A DNA stretch of 39,002 bases from a virus (Duplodnaviria; Heunggongvirae; Uroviricota; Caudoviricetes). Made by a program: the position numbers and the translations under genes. How positions within the stretch are numbered: position 1 is the stretch's first letter; each line of letters begins with the position of its first letter. The DNA is taken from positions 1 to 39,002 of IMG/VR virus record IMGVR_UViG_3300005512_005684; one strand, written 5' to 3'. The notes under the pieces were generated by a model, which saw nothing but the letters and a program-made list of their open reading frames with translations, was not told the DNA's origin and did not search any database. Shown here piece by piece: positions 35,835 to 39,002 of this stretch.

Positions 35835-35880
35835 ACAGGAGATAGACCGTAGTTGAACGTGAGAGAACTCCAGTAGCGGG
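35835..35880 (+). pseudogene. Relic of an RBS + tag-A cassette with no cargo
   Basis: acaggagatagaccg is identical to the sequence before ATG 31189; acgtgagagaactccag is identical to the DVRELQ codons of 28455; start lost and TAG stops present. Confidence 0.75.
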
Positions 35881-35968
35881 TGCCCCTCAGCCGTTTGCTG
35901 GGCCAGGTATTTACAGTAAAATAATGGGTGCGGGTCGGTGGTTGGAAGGCGGGAAAGGAAGTGACCCG

Positions 35969-36193
35969 ATGGCCAAGGAAGACAAAACCGAGTGGCTCAA
36001 CCTCAAAATCGAAGGTGCAGCCAGGGAAGATATGGAATGGGTGATTGACGAGACCCCGGCCAAAGCGACGACGTTGACCGAAGTCATTCAAAACGCCCTC
36101 GCGGTCTACGTGAATCTCTGGAAGCATGTCCAGATGGGTAGGAAGGTGATCATTCGCGACGGTGACAAGGAACACGAGTTGGTCTTACGCTGA
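35969..36193 (+). CDS. Ribbon-helix-helix-like small DNA-binding protein
   Basis: WLNLKI-EGAAREDMEW...TLTEVIQNAL; same architecture as the C-terminus of 11605-12243. Confidence 0.65.
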   Translation: MAKEDKTEWLNLKIEGAAREDMEWVIDETPAKATTLTEVIQNALAVYVNLWKHVQMGRKVIIRDGDKEHELVLR

Positions 36194-36210
36194 CAGGGAG
36201 GGTACTTGGT

Positions 36211-36540
36211 ATGGAACTCAAGGTGGGTGATTACGTCCGCGTTGTGTCTGGCCACGGCAACAGCAACTCGATGCGACTCGAAGAGACCGACCACCCGGAG
36301 TATGTCGTCGGTAGAGATCAAGTGGTGGGAAGGTGTAGGTACGTGCGCCGGGAAGATGTTGCTCAAGCAGACGAGAGGTACGACGCAAACGGTTGCTTCG
36401 TGTCTCTCCTGGAGTACTCGGAAGCAATCCTGAATCATCATTGCGGAGCTACTCGACTCTTCACCCTGGAAGATGTACTGGGAGTGAAGTGTCGATGTGG
36501 TGTCGAGTGGCGGCTTCCTGCGGTCGTTTCGTATGCCTGA
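36211..36540 (+). CDS. KOW-motif + zinc-ribbon protein, paralog 1
   Basis: LKVGDYVRVVSG; HHCG...GVKCRCGVEWRL. Confidence 0.7.
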   Translation: MELKVGDYVRVVSGHGNSNSMRLEETDHPEYVVGRDQVVGRCRYVRREDVAQADERYDANGCFVSLLEYSEAILNHHCGATRLFTLEDVLGVKCRCGVEWRLPAVVSYA

Positions 36541-36554
36541 ATCAGGAGGTTGGT

Positions 36555-37016
36555 ATGAGCTTCAACGTAGGTGATCACGTGATTATCGTGACGGGTATGC
36601 GCGCCGGCATGGCTTTCAAGGTCGAGAGAGTTGACGGTGTGCACCACTTCGGATGGAAGGAAAGCGACGGGAAGACAATCCAGGCTAGATCAAACGATCC
36701 AACGGCAAGACTGCAACTTGACTCGCGCTACATTCTTGGACGACTCAAGACGATGCGGTTCTTTGCCGAAGCCGTGGCTCGACACCGATGCGGCAATCCC
36801 GAATTCGTAGAGACATCGGACAAAGACGGTGTGGAATGTCGGTGTGGTATCGAGTTCCAGTTACTTGACAGGAATCTGAGGCCGTGGTGTAACCGACAAC
36901 TCTTGTCAGCGACAGGAAACTGGATGTGTAGCGTGCGCCCAGATAATGGACCTTGCCCGTTCCGAAATGCCAAGCACGCGGAGGATGACAATTGTGCAAG
37001 TTTGGAAGTGATCTAG
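36555..37016 (+). CDS. KOW-motif + zinc-ribbon protein, paralog 2
   Basis: FNVGDHVIIVTG; HRCG...GVECRCGIEFQL; AGGAGG RBS. Confidence 0.7.
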   Translation: MSFNVGDHVIIVTGMRAGMAFKVERVDGVHHFGWKESDGKTIQARSNDPTARLQLDSRYILGRLKTMRFFAEAVARHRCGNPEFVETSDKDGVECRCGIEFQLLDRNLRPWCNRQLLSATGNWMCSVRPDNGPCPFRNAKHAEDDNCASLEVI

Positions 37017-37294
37017 CAGCCGACTTCAAAGCCTTCGTCCTCCAGTGCCGAAAGGAATGGCTCAAGACGAACCCTTGTCCGATACCCTACGCCTGGAATC
37101 CCAACGCGTGGTTCGACCGTATGGCCGACCGTGGACAAGGTTGGATTGAGTTCGTGACTCCAAAGGCCGAAGCGTGGTTAAAGGCGCGTGGGTTCAGGCT
37201 AGGAGAGACACCGAAGACAGGTGATTGGTACGCTTACCCGATGGAGACTGACAATGAGCCAAGTAGTTCTGGAGCGCTTCCGTCACTTCAATGA
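36992..37294 (+). CDS. Trp-rich hypothetical protein (start uncertain)
   Basis: GGAGG upstream; co-directional with neighbours. Confidence 0.6.
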   Translation: MCKFGSDLAADFKAFVLQCRKEWLKTNPCPIPYAWNPNAWFDRMADRGQGWIEFVTPKAEAWLKARGFRLGETPKTGDWYAYPMETDNEPSSSGALPSLQ

Positions 37295-37526
37295 GGGTGT
37301 TCGTCCCGGCATTATCCCTTTGATGCCTCAAGGGACGAATAGCACGTTCTTTACAGAGTGTTGTGGCACTGCTATTACGGACGATCAGACGTGTTGTCCG
37401 AGTTGTAACCGGGAGATCGTGGGAGCAGATGAAAAGAACGAAGCCGATAGAAACCGCGTTCGTTGGCGAAACGCTACTCGATACTGGAAACGTGAAGGTG
37501 CCCGTGCACCTTTTACAGGGGAGTGA
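37254..37526 (+). CDS. Zinc-ribbon hypothetical protein
   Basis: FTECCGTAI...CPSC; GGAG RBS. Confidence 0.7.
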   Translation: MSQVVLERFRHFNEGVRPGIIPLMPQGTNSTFFTECCGTAITDDQTCCPSCNREIVGADEKNEADRNRVRWRNATRYWKREGARAPFTGE

Positions 37527-37726
37527 GTAATGAGAATGTTCTTGGGAAAGCGAGTGGAGACAGGAGGAGCGTCGATGGTGTCACTGGCAAATGAAGACCA
37601 GAGACGACACGAAGCCTGATAGCTGGACGTGTACCGCACACCTGGCCGAGTCCAGAGCTATGCAGTGTTCAACGCGAAGAGTGGGGAGTATCCGTGCCAA
37701 GACGCCAAGCCACCGGAGGAAGCGTA

Positions 37727-38113
37727 ATGGGAGCCTTTGACGCGACGTGTCCGAAGTGCCGCCGGAGATTCGGTTGGGGCGGCGAGCTTATCGACAAGCC
37801 CCCGTGCCCTAACTGCGGCCACCAGTCCGATCCAGAGTCTCTCCGTGCGGCTCAGGACGAAATGGACCGCATGATCGAGGAAGCGGAGAGGGAGGAACAA
37901 GAGAAATGGGACAACCGAACACCAGAACAGACAGATGCCTTTGAGAGAGGTAAAGCAGCATTCAGACCCGACGTGAAACGTATCGAGGTGAACCGTCTTA
38001 ACCCACACTCGACGAGGGTAGCAGACATCATCGACCCGTTATGCGAGTGGTGGATGCGTGGCTGGAACAATGCCGAAGGTGAACACTACAGGAACCAAGC
38101 CGATGGATCGTGA
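37727..38113 (+). CDS. Zinc-ribbon hypothetical protein
   Basis: CPKC...CPNCG; GGAGG RBS; C-terminal WWMRGW. Confidence 0.75.
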   Translation: MGAFDATCPKCRRRFGWGGELIDKPPCPNCGHQSDPESLRAAQDEMDRMIEEAEREEQEKWDNRTPEQTDAFERGKAAFRPDVKRIEVNRLNPHSTRVADIIDPLCEWWMRGWNNAEGEHYRNQADGS

Positions 38114-38294
38114 ACCGATGAAGGTTGGTGCGACAAGAAATGGTGTGTGTATTAGCGCCGGTGGCTTTAAGCAAGATGACCGTGGCTATAGTTATGATGT
38201 CTTGGACGTGGTGCATATCACTGTTGAGGAAGCAAAGAGGTTGCTCTCGCAGTTACCAGATGTGATTCGTGAAGCAGAGAGGAAATCGGGGTAA
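38103..38294 (+). CDS. Hypothetical protein
   Basis: ACAGGA RBS; overlaps the previous stop. Confidence 0.55.
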   Translation: MDREPMKVGATRNGVCISAGGFKQDDRGYSYDVLDVVHITVEEAKRLLSQLPDVIREAERKSG

Positions 38295-38463
38295 GTGGAA
38301 TGGTGGTGGACATCGAACTGACACTGAACCGCTTTGGCTTCAAGCGAATCAGTAGCAACAAAGTCCAGGTCGCGTGCTTCAGAATCGCCGTGTGGCGGAA
38401 ACTCCATAAGCACGCGTTGTGCTTCGAGGTGAATTGGCAAGTGAGAACAAAGGAGTCAAGTCA

Positions 38464-38844
38464 ATGAACTGTGACCTGGGAACGTACCACGTCAAAGTCG
38501 AGTTGAAGAACGCCTGTGGCTATATCCACACCTGGGGCACTGGAAGACGCTTTACAGAGGGGAATGGTGGGGTGTACCCTCTGACTGCCGATGCCATCGA
38601 ACCGCCTTATGAGAGTGAGGAAGCACTGAAGGCGGCCATCATTTACCTGTACGTCGAAGGAAACTACTCCTGCGACTGCAACCGGGCCTTGTTCAGTGCC
38701 GAAGCGAACGGCGGAGAATTGCCGGAAGATTTCCCGTGTGGCGAAGAGATCAAACTGGCTAGACTTACCTTGATCAAACCGGACGGAAGCGAAGAGGTGT
38801 TGCTGGATCGTGACAAACCAGACTCTACAAGGAGTGACCAATGA
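38464..38844 (+). CDS. Phage-type hypothetical protein (EGNYSCDCNR motif)
   Basis: AAGGAG RBS before ATG 38464. Confidence 0.7.
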   Translation: MNCDLGTYHVKVELKNACGYIHTWGTGRRFTEGNGGVYPLTADAIEPPYESEEALKAAIIYLYVEGNYSCDCNRALFSAEANGGELPEDFPCGEEIKLARLTLIKPDGSEEVLLDRDKPDSTRSDQ

Positions 38845-39002
38845 CTGAAGGTGAAAAGGTACTCAGTGCAAGGGAAGTGTCGGTAAGTGAGTTCGTTCTC
38901 GCGTGTATTGCTCGCGGAGTCACTATCGAGAGAGTGAAGGAAGAACTCGAAGAACATCCGTGGGTAGATTCTGTGGTGATCTCAGGTAAAAGCCTGTGTT
39001 GG

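Noticed and set aside
20763-35880. CRISPR array, integron attC cassettes or a DGR as the explanation for the repeats
   Set aside because: No regularly spaced DNA repeats, no attC-like palindromes between the genes, and no cas, integrase or reverse transcriptase gene; conservation is mainly at peptide level
37529-37727. Short fragmented ORFs after the TTTTACAGGGGAG RBS
   Set aside because: Possibly another frameshifted gene, but no single reconstruction is supported
388-38957. All minus-strand ORFs in the track (e.g. 11275-12033, 26960-27700, 35200-35832)
   Set aside because: They are shadows of well-supported, tightly coupled + strand genes, with no recognisable motifs
1-39002. Alternative genetic code (TAG or TGA reassignment)
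   Set aside because: Long conserved genes are intact under the standard code, and both TAG and TGA stops abut downstream starts (e.g. TAG 7067/ATG 7068, many ATGA overlaps)

Overview
This is a gene-dense, co-directional (+ strand) window that looks like part of a large dsDNA bacteriophage genome. That call is inferred from many short, tightly coupled ORFs, phage-type accessory families and no housekeeping synteny; I see no capsid, terminase or polymerase gene. Left part (1-20.6 kb): a glycan/metabolic accessory block with three paralogous DxD glycosyltransferase-like genes, three paralogous GT11/fucosyltransferase-like genes, a GT2, three SAM methyltransferases, a GSCFA protein, tmk, YkgJ, DUF2284, DUF4326, a Nuc-transf nucleotidyltransferase and a receiver domain. 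After a terminator at ~20.65 kb comes a ~15 kb array (20.76-35.88 kb) of otherwise unrelated proteins sharing one of two short tags. Tag A is an N-terminal M-A-x4-[LI]-x2-[FWY]-E, usually followed by ...VA/LA/IA; there are 13 intact copies, one pseudogene and one dead relic. Tag B is R-[VMI]-x2-I-A-[RSE]-[RK]-[VL]-A, found at N-termini and as an internal linker in polyprotein-like fusions. Cargoes include ADP-ribosyltransferase-like, ParB-like and YkgJ domains. My best interpretation (inference) is a modular system for addressing proteins to the virion, analogous to the T4 capsid-targeting sequence. Also seen: a strand-biased TACAGGG/ACAGG motif, a GAF histidine kinase and several frameshifted genes. 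All family calls are from motif recognition by eye, not database searches.
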